The notes under the pieces were generated by a model. The model was given only the letters and a program-made list of their open reading frames with translations, had not been told where the DNA came from and did no database searches. This document shows, piece after piece, positions 1 to 9,530 of a stretch of DNA of 33,202 bases. Position numbers and translations under genes: made by a program. The stretch is taken from the sequence record DRR378314_2519. One strand, written 5' to 3'. Numbering within the stretch: position 1 is the stretch's first letter; each line of letters starts with the position of its first letter.

Positions 1-90
1 CGCCATGGATGGCGCTGCCCAAGCCCTACATGGATGTATTTACGGGCGTCCTCCTCAATAGTTCCTGCGGCTTCAGCGCCCGCTACATCC
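1..90. repeat. Partial palindromic intergenic repeat element (REP/MITE-like), cut by the window edge
   Basis: Two short hairpins share a CATGGATG core: CGCCAT-GG-ATGGCG (1-14) and TACAT-GG-ATGTA (27-38). A minus-strand GTAG motif lies at 83-86, next to a REP copy. The region is non-coding. Confidence 0.5.
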
Positions 91-95
91 ACTTC

Positions 96-118
96 ACCTG
101 ATGTAAACATCGGGCTAC
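96..118 (-). repeat. GTAG-family REP copy directly after the TBDR stop codon
   Basis: The minus strand reads GTAGCCCGATGTTTACATCAGGT, the same imperfect palindrome as the four copies at 14275-14395. Confidence 0.8.
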
Positions 119-2824
119 TTAGAACTCGTAGCTATAACTCAAGCTAACGACGGTTCCAACTTCTTTACTACGAACCAGAATATCCGACTGAGTCACTTCC
201 TGATCTTCGCCCAGCAGGTTCTTAACTTTTAAGCCGATTTTAGAATTAAAGCTCGGATAATAGTTATAAACCAAGTCCAGTGAATGGAAGGGTTGCTCAT
301 AAGCGTCCTCACGTCCACCGATACCAGCCGCTAAGATACGCTCACCAAACACGTTATACACCAGTGAAGTAGCATGTTCTCCGTTAGCTGAGTCGTAGTT
401 CAACTGGAAGTTGGCAACGTACTCAGAGTGTCCCGTCATACGCTTAGTCCGGTTGGTTAAGTTACCCGCCAATGCCGGATCAATCGAGGCTTCAGAGTCA
501 CTCCAGGTTAAGTTACCAGAGGTAAAAAACCCGTTCGCCAAGTAACCTAAATCGTGCAGCCACTCAAGCTCAACACCATAGACTTCAGCTGATTCACCAT
601 TTACATAACTTAAGGTGTAATCTTCATCGCCCACCTGAAGTATCGACTCAATGGGGTTCTCTATGTCCTTATAGAAAGCCGCAATGGTGTAATTGTCGCC
701 ATTATCGGCATAGTACTCAAAGCGTGCATCGTAGTTACGTAAATCACTGCTCTCTAAGCCAGCTCTGCCGAACGTACGAATGTCCGTAATTGGGTCGTAG
801 TAAGCCACCGGCACTGTTTCACGTAAATCCGGACGCACAACGGTTTCGCCGTAACCAAAACGCAGCTGGTAATTATCACTGGCCATATAAGTCAACGATA
901 AAGCCGTGTAGAGGTCGTCTTCAGCAATGGTGCTTTCAAGCACACGCTCAGGATTGAAATAATTATTTAAATCCTGCTCACTAAAAATTAAGCTCGATGT
1001 TGCCAGAGAAACCTGTTTAAAGTCTTCATAACGAACACCACCACTTACACGCCAAGTGTTATCGAATATTGCATCGAACTCACCGTAATAGGCATCAATT
1101 TTCTGAGCGGCCAGATAGTCATCCGCATTTGGCGCACTGGGTTCACGGAAAGTAAGACTAAAATTATTTTCGTCAATGACCTCATCCGTCAGATACCCGG
1201 TTAGATCCAATACTCCGTCTAAATCATCAAGCACGGAAAAGCTCGAACCGGAGCCATTATCAAGACTAAAGCTACTGGTATTGTAATAACGGGCTTTATC
1301 AACAAAATCATAGCCTGCTTTTAACTCAAGCTCTATACCTGACAGCGTAATTGGCAATGAGAAGTTACCGCCGTATGACTTAACGTTATCTTCCATATCA
1401 ACAAACTGGAAAACAGCACGGTTTTCATCACCCGTTACCCGAGTTTCCGAGAAGTTACCCTCTGCGTCATATCTATCATTGAAACTATACGTAACTTCGG
1501 TAGGAATGTCGGTTTCAGCTTTTGACTCAGTATACTGCCAGTCAAAACCAATACCCCAGTAATCCATAAAGGTGTGTTGTCCGCGGAACTGATCCACATT
1601 TAACACACGTTCTTCGTACTTGAACTCGTGCTCACGATCCGCAAGACCCGTTCCAACAATAGTTCTCAAGTTACTGCCGTTCGGGCTTTGCTTAATACCA
1701 AATTCCGATTCGTCTTCCGAATCTTCAAGATAAATTTTGGTATAGCTGACACTGTGGGTATCCAGTTCATAGCCCGCGGTGAAAAAGCCGTTCAAGCGTT
1801 CAGTTTCTGTCGTTACTGTGGTTTCTGAAAAGGTGTTGTAACACGACTTGGAGAGATCTTCGAGCGTCGCCAGAGAGGTTGAACAATCGGCTGTTGCGTT
1901 GTTACTAATAACTGCATTTTTGCGTTCAGAAACATCCCAGTCATTATCGTAGGAAGCTGCGGCTAACACGCCTATAGTTCCACCGAAAAATGACTCGTCG
2001 AAGCTATTACCTAAGGTGGCTTTAAAGTCCATGTTAGGGTCTAAAGATTCTTTCTTCAGCACCATGTCTCGTGGCAATTGCTTTGCCAGCGAGGCATTAA
2101 TTGCTCTTGCCTGATTACCCGCACTATTTCCAGAACCCGTCAAACCATCAGTCCTAATAATATTACGCAAGCTAAAGTCGCCTTGATAACGACCAATCGC
2201 TTCCTGAATATCTGTGGGGATACCGCTGTCGTCGCGGTTATAGGTATAACCGTCATCCGCGTTGCTGTTCATGCCAACGCCCGCTTCAACACTAAAGACA
2301 AAATCATCCGGTAGAGACCGCGTACGGATATCAATATTACCACCACCAAAAGCTGCCGGCATAGAAGGTGAAAACACCTTTTGTACTGCCATACTCTCAA
2401 TAATGGTCGATGGAATAATATCCAGCGGAATCACGTTACGGGTTAAATCCGGACTAGGTATACTAGCTCCATTGATGCGGGCACTTGAATAACGCTCACC
2501 GAGGCCACGTACATAAATAAATTTACCGTCAACCAGTGTTAAACCGGTCACCCGACGTAAAGCCGAGGCCGCATCGCTGTCGCCAGAACGGGATAACTGC
2601 TCGGCACCCAGGATATCAGCCACAAAAGCCTGATTCTTACGTTCTTCAACAACGGCTGCCGCGCTACCTTGTAAACGACTGCCGGTGGTAACCACTTCTT
2701 CAATGGTCGATTCGCGTTCAACGTCTGCTTCATCGGCTTGCTGAGCCAAAGCTGCCGGCGCAGCGGCAAACAACCCTAATCCAACCGCTAAAGCAACAGG
2801 CTTGAGTTTGTATTGATTTTTCAT
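119..2824 (-). CDS. TonB-dependent outer membrane receptor (~901 aa)
   Basis: Signal peptide (MKNQYKLKPVALAVGLGLFAAAPAALA), TonB-box-like IEEVVTTG, plug motif YVRGLGERYS, amphipathic beta-strands and a C-terminal SYSYEF. Start placed at ATG 2824 because GCAGGAG lies 6 nt upstream; the ORF track starts at 2839. Confidence 0.95.
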   Translation of the reverse strand: MKNQYKLKPVALAVGLGLFAAAPAALAQQADEADVERESTIEEVVTTGSRLQGSAAAVVEERKNQAFVADILGAEQLSRSGDSDAASALRRVTGLTLVDGKFIYVRGLGERYSSARINGASIPSPDLTRNVIPLDIIPSTIIESMAVQKVFSPSMPAAFGGGNIDIRTRSLPDDFVFSVEAGVGMNSNADDGYTYNRDDSGIPTDIQEAIGRYQGDFSLRNIIRTDGLTGSGNSAGNQARAINASLAKQLPRDMVLKKESLDPNMDFKATLGNSFDESFFGGTIGVLAAASYDNDWDVSERKNAVISNNATADCSTSLATLEDLSKSCYNTFSETTVTTETERLNGFFTAGYELDTHSVSYTKIYLEDSEDESEFGIKQSPNGSNLRTIVGTGLADREHEFKYEERVLNVDQFRGQHTFMDYWGIGFDWQYTESKAETDIPTEVTYSFNDRYDAEGNFSETRVTGDENRAVFQFVDMEDNVKSYGGNFSLPITLSGIELELKAGYDFVDKARYYNTSSFSLDNGSGSSFSVLDDLDGVLDLTGYLTDEVIDENNFSLTFREPSAPNADDYLAAQKIDAYYGEFDAIFDNTWRVSGGVRYEDFKQVSLATSSLIFSEQDLNNYFNPERVLESTIAEDDLYTALSLTYMASDNYQLRFGYGETVVRPDLRETVPVAYYDPITDIRTFGRAGLESSDLRNYDARFEYYADNGDNYTIAAFYKDIENPIESILQVGDEDYTLSYVNGESAEVYGVELEWLHDLGYLANGFFTSGNLTWSDSEASIDPALAGNLTNRTKRMTGHSEYVANFQLNYDSANGEHATSLVYNVFGERILAAGIGGREDAYEQPFHSLDLVYNYYPSFNSKIGLKVKNLLGEDQEVTQSDILVRSKEVGTVVSLSYSYEF

Positions 2825-2850
2825 AACCAACTCCTGCAATAAAATCGGAA

Positions 2851-2877
2851 AATAGGCGCAACACCGTTGCGCCTATT
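2851..2877 (-). terminator. Intercistronic stem-loop (weak terminator or mRNA-stabilising hairpin) between the lipoprotein and TBDR genes
   Basis: Perfect 12-bp inverted repeat AATAGGCGCAAC-acc-GTTGCGCCTATT, followed on the minus strand by a short interrupted U-tract (TTCCGATTTT). Confidence 0.65.
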
Positions 2878-2897
2878 CATTCGCATTCCAACTCAAA

Positions 2898-4469
2898 TTA
2901 GTCTGCGTCAGCAGCAGCTACAGCAGTTTCAACCCACTGGTACCACTCAGAGCTTGTATCGTCGTCAGACAATGCGCCGATGAAATCAACCGGAGTAAAG
3001 AAGTCATCGTTTAGTGACGTTAAGTCATTCGCCGAGATAGTGATAGAAGAAGTCATATCCGTAGAGATACCGTCGTCATTCAGAACAGTAGCGGAACCAT
3101 CAAGAATTTCGTTTACGCCGCCGTTCGGATACCAGGCTGAGTAAGTTTCGCCATCTGCAAAGGTGTTATCACCGGTATTCACGAAGTTGTTAGTACAGGC
3201 TAAAACTGAGTTATAAAAGTCCAGCTCGCCGTTATCAACGCCCGCTTCACCGTCTGAAGTAAAGAAGATACAACCGTCGTCAGCAGTACCATTTTCCTTA
3301 ATTTTCAGAACGTTATACATTTGCCCCTGGAAGTTGTCATCAAACTTCGTTGCGATAGAAGGGTCATCATCACGAACAGATTTACCATCAGTAGTAATAA
3401 TAGTTACGTTAGCAATGGTCGGTGCTGATGTCGGAGCCTGGCTGTAGTCTGGACCGTTATTTTTCTCACCGTCGGCTTCAAATCCGCCATTACCCATGTA
3501 GTTAGTATTGCCATCTACCGTTACTGTACCGTGTTTAATGAACAGGAATTGAGCTTTGCCTTGCCAGCCAGCATCAATGTCTACTGAGTCATCCTGGTTG
3601 TCGGTGAAAACAATGTGTTTAAGGTCAGCTGCGCCACCAAAGAATTCAACACCATCATCAAACCCCTGATGAATGTGGATAAACTCATAAGATGAACCCG
3701 AGCCGACAGCATTCAGAGTTAAAGAGTTTAAATCATCTCCGGGCCCGCCATCACGAGGGCCTGAACCGGCGTACCAAATTTTGGCGTATTTCATTGAGCC
3801 GCTGCTATCAGTGTTATCGTTGCCACCAAAATAGCTAACGATACCTTCTGACTCTACATTACAAGTGCCACCATCGCGCTGTGCGTCAGTACACTGGTTA
3901 GTAATGCCGTTACCGTTAATAATGATGCCGCCCCAGTCCGCGTAGCGCGGTGCGTCACCAGAAACATTCAGACGGTCAAATGCGTTAGCAGAGGTAAAAG
4001 TAATTGGTTTGTCAAAAGTACCGATAGCATTTAACTGGGCGCCACGGGCAACCTGAATAATCGCTTCACCAGAAGTAAAGGCCAGTGTAGCACCAGGTTC
4101 AACAGTCATAACCGGACCATTCTGGTTAATCTCACAACTTGTCGTCGTGTCGCAATCGACACCAATTTGCAGCGCGCCTTCAAATACGTGCACACCGCCG
4201 TCAGGCAATTCTTCAAAGGTAATATCTTCGTCAATTTCGATAGTCGCACTTGCGAAGTCAGTGTCGTAACTGCAATCCTGACCGTCGTATGAGCCTTGAA
4301 CATCGCCGTAACTAGCGCACTCTACGCTGGTACCGCCATCGCCACCATTACCACCGTCAGCGCCGCCGCCATTATTAACCGTTGGTGTAACATTAATGTC
4401 GCCGCCGCAACCGGCCAAAAATAAAGCTGTCGATACTGCAGAGATTTTGAATAAGGTATTAAATTTCAT
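2898..4469 (-). CDS. Acidic outer-membrane/surface lipoprotein, probable beta-helix fold, function unknown
   Basis: Lipobox FLAG-C followed by GG, then a Gly/Asn/Asp-rich tether. Motifs DWGGIIING, GGNDNTDSSG, LNSLTLNAVGSG and DDGVEFFGG are typical of TBDR-associated beta-helix lipoproteins. SD-like GGAGA upstream. Confidence 0.85.
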   Translation of the reverse strand: MKFNTLFKISAVSTALFLAGCGGDINVTPTVNNGGGADGGNGGDGGTSVECASYGDVQGSYDGQDCSYDTDFASATIEIDEDITFEELPDGGVHVFEGALQIGVDCDTTTSCEINQNGPVMTVEPGATLAFTSGEAIIQVARGAQLNAIGTFDKPITFTSANAFDRLNVSGDAPRYADWGGIIINGNGITNQCTDAQRDGGTCNVESEGIVSYFGGNDNTDSSGSMKYAKIWYAGSGPRDGGPGDDLNSLTLNAVGSGSSYEFIHIHQGFDDGVEFFGGAADLKHIVFTDNQDDSVDIDAGWQGKAQFLFIKHGTVTVDGNTNYMGNGGFEADGEKNNGPDYSQAPTSAPTIANVTIITTDGKSVRDDDPSIATKFDDNFQGQMYNVLKIKENGTADDGCIFFTSDGEAGVDNGELDFYNSVLACTNNFVNTGDNTFADGETYSAWYPNGGVNEILDGSATVLNDDGISTDMTSSITISANDLTSLNDDFFTPVDFIGALSDDDTSSEWYQWVETAVAAADAD

Positions 4470-4519
4470 TGGGTTCTCCCGACTTGGATTTTATCCAGTT
4501 ATGATTTAAGTCGGGATGA

Positions 4520-4553
4520 AGAGTAAAACGCTTGCATGACAATATTGTGACAA
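4520..4553 (-). promoter_or_regulatory. PhoB-dependent promoter (Pho box plus -10) for the lipoprotein-TBDR operon
   Basis: Minus strand TTGTCAC-AATA-TTGTCAT (4553-4536) is an 11-bp-period direct repeat matching the consensus CTGTCAT-A(A/T)A(T/A)-CTGT(C/A)A(C/T). A -10 hexamer TACTCT (4525-4520) follows exactly 10 nt later. Confidence 0.8.
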
Positions 4554-4668
4554 CATAAGAATGTAACAATATATTCACATTTAACTCACTTGAGGTCGTG
4601 CTGTTGATCTTTGCGCTTGTTGAATAAGTAACCTATATCAATAATGAAAAACCTAAAAAGGAAACCCC

Positions 4669-5520
4669 ATGCGTAAATTATTATTCAGTTGTGTACTGAC
4701 GACTCTGTCTGTACTTGCTTTACCAGCAGCGGCCTATCAATCCGAAGAGGTTATCGTCGAGCACAACGAAGTCGCCGATAATATTTATATGCTCACAGGC
4801 GCTGGCGGCAACATGCTGATGTCATCCGGCGATGACGGCGTATTCCTGGTTGATGATCAATACACTCAGGTAGCAGAAAAAATTGCCGCCAAAATTAAGG
4901 AGCTGAGTGGTGAAGAGGTTCGTTATATTCTGAACACTCACTTCCACGGCGACCATGTAGGTTCTAATAGTTGGTTTGCCAATAATCAGAACTCAACTAT
5001 TTACGCTCATGACCATGTGCGAGAACGCTTGAGTCAGGATAGCGATTTCAACGCAGCCGGCCTTCCAGCCATTACCTTTGATTCAACCCTTACCTTCCAC
5101 TTAAACAATGACACCGTTAGTGTGTTTTATTTGCCTGCAGGCCACACCGATGGTGACAGCGCCGTATGGTTTGAAGACGCTAATGTGCTGCACCCCGGTG
5201 ACTTATTTTTTAATGAACGCTTCCCCTTTATTGACCTTGAAAGCGGCGGTGACGTTGACGGCTACATTGCCAACGTTGAAGAGTTATTAAGTCGCATTAA
5301 TGACGACACGGTGATCATTCCGGGCCACGGTCCGTTAGCTAACAAACAAGATTACCAGGGCTTTCTAACCATGCTTAAAGAGACCAAAGCCGAAGTTGAT
5401 ACCATGAAACAACAGGGAATGACCCTTGATGAAGCAAAAACCAAGGGTCTTAGCGATAAATGGGACGGCTGGAGCTGGTCCTTTATTAACGAAGAACGCT
5501 GGATCACAACGCTGTACTAA
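4669..5520 (+). CDS. Exported metallo-beta-lactamase-fold hydrolase (cyclase/glyoxalase II-like)
   Basis: Signal peptide ending PAAA; MBL motifs THFHGDH, GHTDGD, GDL and IIPGHG; SD AAGGA. Confidence 0.9.
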   Translation: MRKLLFSCVLTTLSVLALPAAAYQSEEVIVEHNEVADNIYMLTGAGGNMLMSSGDDGVFLVDDQYTQVAEKIAAKIKELSGEEVRYILNTHFHGDHVGSNSWFANNQNSTIYAHDHVRERLSQDSDFNAAGLPAITFDSTLTFHLNNDTVSVFYLPAGHTDGDSAVWFEDANVLHPGDLFFNERFPFIDLESGGDVDGYIANVEELLSRINDDTVIIPGHGPLANKQDYQGFLTMLKETKAEVDTMKQQGMTLDEAKTKGLSDKWDGWSWSFINEERWITTLY

Positions 5521-7366
5521 AGATTAGCCGTTCGTCCGGTGGTTGAAGGTGAAAGTCCATGGCCAGCTCATCGCAATTGGCCAGCCTTGGGCATAATTCG
5601 CAGTCCTTCATCACCTTTTCCGGCAAGCTGTCTTTAGAACAATGACTAAAACCTTGCTGCTCAAAAAAGTCCGGTACCCGGGTCAGCACAATGACCCGGT
5701 TCAATTGCAGTAACCGCGCCTTTTTCAATAAATAAGACACCAGCATGCGACCCTGCCCGCGAACTTCCGTATGCGGATGGACACCCAGCGAGCGGATTTC
5801 GGCAAGGCCAGTGGTATAGATGTAAAGCGACGCACAACCCATCACTTTGCCGTCCACTTCGGTCACCGCAAACTCATTAATTGAATGTACGATGTCGTCC
5901 TTGGCCCGCGGTAAGTTTTCCCCTGCTCCGGCCCAGTGCTGAACTAAATCCAGAATTGCTCCAATGTCACCGAGGTTAGCATCCCTAATGCGAATTTTCT
6001 GCTGCTGTTGAGCGCTCTTTAATGCTTCGTTTACGCGCTGCGGTGAGGTACCGCCCAGTGCACAGCGCTTTTCCAGTAAGGCATCCAGCGTCAGCCACTC
6101 ATAAACATCCTGCTCAATAACCGGAACAACCGCCTGAAACGCCTCCAGCGGCATATCTTCCAGCGGTTTTTGAGCCTGAATAGCCTGCTGCACTAACTCG
6201 CCCACATTATGGTGTGCCTGACGGAAAGGAACGCCTTTGGACACCAGATAGTCCGCAAGCTCGGTAGCATTCGCATAACCGCCCTGCGCTGCTTTACGGC
6301 AAACATCATGGTTCACGGTTAACCCATGCAGACTGGAAGTCACCATAGCCAGCGAGGCCTGCCAGGTGGTAAAGGCGTCAAATAAACCTTCTTTGTCTTC
6401 CTGCATGTCTTTGTTGTAAGCCAGCGGCAGAGACTTTAAGGTCATCATCAACCCAGTTAGCGAGCCCACCACGCGGCCGCTTTTGCCACGTACCAGTTCC
6501 AGCGCATCGGGGTTTTTCTTTTGCGGCATTAACGAAGAACCCGAGGTCACGTTGTCTGCCAGCTCAATAAAGCCAGCCTCGCCGGAATTATAGAAGATGA
6601 GATCTTCCGCCAGACGCGACAAATGCAGCATAGATAACGATGCCGTGCTCAAAAGTTCCACCACAAAGTCACGGTCGGAAACGGAATCTAGACTGTTGCG
6701 CGTCGCCTGGCTAAAACCCAGCTCGCTAGCAATGGCTTCACGGTCCACCGGATACGCCGTTCCGGCCAAAGCCCCGCAGCCCAGCGGACTTTTATTCAGG
6801 CGCGTTACGGCATCCTCTAAACGTTCGCTGTCGCGCTGCAGCATTTCTACATAAGCTAAACACCAATGCGCCAGCAATACCGGCTGGGCTCGTTGCAAGT
6901 GGGTATAGCCGGGTATGACCGTGCCCTGTTCGCGCTCAGCTAAACCCAGCAATGCCTGCTGGGTTTGCTGCAACGCCTGTTGCAAAACTTCTGACTGCTG
7001 ACGACACCATAACCGCAAGTCGGTCGCGACCTGATCGTTACGGCTACGCCCGGTATGGAGTTTTTTGGCTAAGTCTCCAACCTTGGCTATTAGTGCCGCC
7101 TCAACAAACGAGTGAATGTCTTCATCACCGCCGACTGCAACAGCCGCAGGATCAGAACGCACTTCACCTAATAGTTCGTCCAGTGCCTGTTGTAACTGTG
7201 CACATTCTTCAGCACTGAGTACTCCAACCTTTTGCAGGGCGTTGGCCCAGGCTTTAGAGCCGGTAATATCCTGCTCCGCCAGCACATAGTCAAAGGGTAA
7301 CGAGTCATTAAACTGCTGAAACGCGGCATCGGGTCCTGCCGCAAAACGTCCGCCCCATAACGCCAT
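5504..7366 (-). CDS. argH: Argininosuccinate lyase fused to a C-terminal GNAT N-acetylglutamate synthase, ArgH(A)
   Basis: [28 protein letters not shown] and [12 protein letters not shown]. An extra ~160-aa GNAT domain carries [17 protein letters not shown] and LPEKVMKDC. Confidence 0.96.
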   Translation of the reverse strand: MALWGGRFAAGPDAAFQQFNDSLPFDYVLAEQDITGSKAWANALQKVGVLSAEECAQLQQALDELLGEVRSDPAAVAVGGDEDIHSFVEAALIAKVGDLAKKLHTGRSRNDQVATDLRLWCRQQSEVLQQALQQTQQALLGLAEREQGTVIPGYTHLQRAQPVLLAHWCLAYVEMLQRDSERLEDAVTRLNKSPLGCGALAGTAYPVDREAIASELGFSQATRNSLDSVSDRDFVVELLSTASLSMLHLSRLAEDLIFYNSGEAGFIELADNVTSGSSLMPQKKNPDALELVRGKSGRVVGSLTGLMMTLKSLPLAYNKDMQEDKEGLFDAFTTWQASLAMVTSSLHGLTVNHDVCRKAAQGGYANATELADYLVSKGVPFRQAHHNVGELVQQAIQAQKPLEDMPLEAFQAVVPVIEQDVYEWLTLDALLEKRCALGGTSPQRVNEALKSAQQQQKIRIRDANLGDIGAILDLVQHWAGAGENLPRAKDDIVHSINEFAVTEVDGKVMGCASLYIYTTGLAEIRSLGVHPHTEVRGQGRMLVSYLLKKARLLQLNRVIVLTRVPDFFEQQGFSHCSKDSLPEKVMKDCELCPRLANCDELAMDFHLQPPDERLIFSTAL

Positions 7367-7369
7367 AAC

Positions 7370-8581
7370 CTATCCTTTTTGCTGTTTTTGTAGCGCCGCA
7401 ATCCGGCTAGGAAGAGAGAACAACCGGATAAAACCTTCGGCATGCGCCTGGTTATACACTTCATCGGCACCAAAGGTCGCAAAATCTTCGCTGTACAAGC
7501 TGTGCGGCGAGCGTTTCTGCACTGCAGTTACCGAACCTTTATAAAGCTTCAGAACCACCTCACCACTGGCTGTTGCGCATAAAGACTGCGCCGCAGCCAT
7601 TACCGATTGTTGCAAAGGAGTGAACCAGCGACCATCGTACAATAATTGCGCAAACTGCTCGCTCAACTGAGTTTTCCAGCTGCGACTGACTTTGTCCAGC
7701 ACCAGTTCATCAATGGCCTGCAACGCCGCCATCATTACAGTACCGCCCGGCGTTTCATAACAACCGCGACTTTTCATTCCCACCAGACGGTTCTCCACAA
7801 TATCCATGCGGCCAACACCGTGCTTAGCGGCAACGTTATTTAAAACACTCAGACTTTCAAAAGGCGACAGCGCCTGGTTATTCACCGCCACAATTTCACC
7901 GTTTTCCACCGTCACAGAAAGGTACTCGGATTTGTCCGGTGCCTGCTCTGGCGATGCCGTCATAGTCCAGACCTTCTCGGTAGGCTCGCACCAGGGGTCT
8001 TCAAGTTCGCCACCTTCGTGCGAAATATGCCAGGCGTTAGCGTCGCGACTGTAGATTTTGGTCGCTGAAGCTGAACAGGGAATATTACGTTCCGCCAGAT
8101 AATCCAACAAAGACTCGCGGCTGCTTAACTCCCATTCCCGCCAGGGCGCAATCACTTGTAAGTCTGGTGCTAAGGCCGCATAGCACGACTCAAACCGCAC
8201 CTGATCGTTACCTTTACCAGTACAACCATGAGATAGTGCGTCAGCGCCGACTTTACGCGCCACTTCAACCTGAGCTTTGGCAATTATCGGCCGCGCCATG
8301 GCGGTGCCCAATAAGTAAGTGCCTTCGTAAATAGCCCCGGTTTTCAGGGTCGGGTACACATAGTTTTTAACGAATTCGTCCTTTAAGTCCACCACATGGC
8401 ATTCAGACGCCCCCGAGGCTTTGGCTTTTTCTTCCACACCTTCCAGCTCTTCTGCTCCCTGCCCAACGTCAGCCACAAAGGCCACCACTTCACAGCCATA
8501 GTTTTCTTTTAACCAGGGCACAATCGCCGAGGTATCCAGGCCACCAGAATAGGCCAGTACCACTTTTTTTACATTGCTCAT
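7370..8581 (-). CDS. argG: Argininosuccinate synthase
   Basis: [42 protein letters not shown]. Confidence 0.98.
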   Translation of the reverse strand: MSNVKKVVLAYSGGLDTSAIVPWLKENYGCEVVAFVADVGQGAEELEGVEEKAKASGASECHVVDLKDEFVKNYVYPTLKTGAIYEGTYLLGTAMARPIIAKAQVEVARKVGADALSHGCTGKGNDQVRFESCYAALAPDLQVIAPWREWELSSRESLLDYLAERNIPCSASATKIYSRDANAWHISHEGGELEDPWCEPTEKVWTMTASPEQAPDKSEYLSVTVENGEIVAVNNQALSPFESLSVLNNVAAKHGVGRMDIVENRLVGMKSRGCYETPGGTVMMAALQAIDELVLDKVSRSWKTQLSEQFAQLLYDGRWFTPLQQSVMAAAQSLCATASGEVVLKLYKGSVTAVQKRSPHSLYSEDFATFGADEVYNQAHAEGFIRLFSLPSRIAALQKQQKG

Positions 8582-9528
8582 GAGGCTTTCTCCATAAATT
8601 CTGGCAGTGCGGCTGCCGTGGGGTTCAATAATAAAGTTAATAAGGCATTTTGCGCATACAGACGGTTCTCAGCCTGCTGAAAACAGCGCGACAGCGGGCC
8701 GTCCATTACATCTGAGGTAATTTCATAGCCCCGATGCGCCGGCTGACAGTGCAACACCGAAGTGGCACCGCTGTGCTCGACCAGCTGCGAATTGATTTGG
8801 TAGGGCTGGAAGGTGTCGCGTACTTCACTCAGCGGTTTATCATCGCCCATCGACACCCAGGTGTCGGTATAGAGCGCATCAGCACCTGCCACAGCGGCAA
8901 TATCGTGGGTAACCACAATGTCAGCACCACTTTCTTCAGCTTGTTTTTTCGCTTTTTTGACAAGTTCTGCATCAGGTTCATATCCCCGGGGGCAAATAAT
9001 GGTGCAATCTGTGCCCAGTGCGGCCGCAGTCAACATCAAAGAATGCGAAACATTATTACCGTCGCCCAGATACACCAGCTTCAGACCTTTCACCTTGCCG
9101 TAGTGCTCCTGCAGGGTTAAAAAATCGGCCAACGCCTGACAGGGGTGAAACCGGTCACACAAGCTGTTCACTACCGGCACTGAGGCGTGCTGAGCCAGTT
9201 CTTGTAATGTATGGTGCGACATAACCCGTGCAACAATGGCATCGGCCCAGCAGGATAAATTGCGGGCATAATCAGCAACACTTTCGCGCACGCCCATGCC
9301 CTTTCCTTGCTCATTCAAATAAACCGCATGACCGCCCAGTTTTTGCAGGCCAATATCAAAAGACAAACGCGTACGCAGACTCGGCTTTTCAAACAGAGTC
9401 ACAACGCTACGGCCTGCCAGAGTCTGGCGGTATTTTTCGGGGTGTGCTTTTTGCTCTTGCGCTAAAGCCAATAATTGCAATGTGTTAGCCGGAGTTAACT
9501 CCAGCCCGGATATACAATGTTTCATCAT
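8578..9528 (-). CDS. argF: Ornithine carbamoyltransferase
   Basis: [32 protein letters not shown] and [12 protein letters not shown] overlap with argG. Confidence 0.95.
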   Translation of the reverse strand: MMKHCISGLELTPANTLQLLALAQEQKAHPEKYRQTLAGRSVVTLFEKPSLRTRLSFDIGLQKLGGHAVYLNEQGKGMGVRESVADYARNLSCWADAIVARVMSHHTLQELAQHASVPVVNSLCDRFHPCQALADFLTLQEHYGKVKGLKLVYLGDGNNVSHSLMLTAAALGTDCTIICPRGYEPDAELVKKAKKQAEESGADIVVTHDIAAVAGADALYTDTWVSMGDDKPLSEVRDTFQPYQINSQLVEHSGATSVLHCQPAHRGYEITSDVMDGPLSRCFQQAENRLYAQNALLTLLLNPTAAALPEFMEKAS

Positions 9529-9530
9529 AC

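Noticed and set aside
4330-4380. GCC/ACC-rich low-complexity tract
   Set aside because: It encodes the Gly-rich lipoprotein tether; it is not a perfect tandem repeat or an evident phase-variation tract.
4669-5520. Acquired metallo-beta-lactamase resistance gene
   Set aside because: The HxHxDH motif is shared by the whole MBL superfamily, the B1/B2 Cys ligand is absent, and there is no mobile context.
9370-9381. ArgF has SLRT and HCQP instead of STRT and HCLP, hinting at an N-acetyl- or N-succinyl-ornithine transcarbamylase
   Set aside because: The ornithine-binding DxxxSMG loop (DTWVSMG) is intact, which those variant enzymes lack. Such a route would also still need ArgE, so it does not explain the argE stop.
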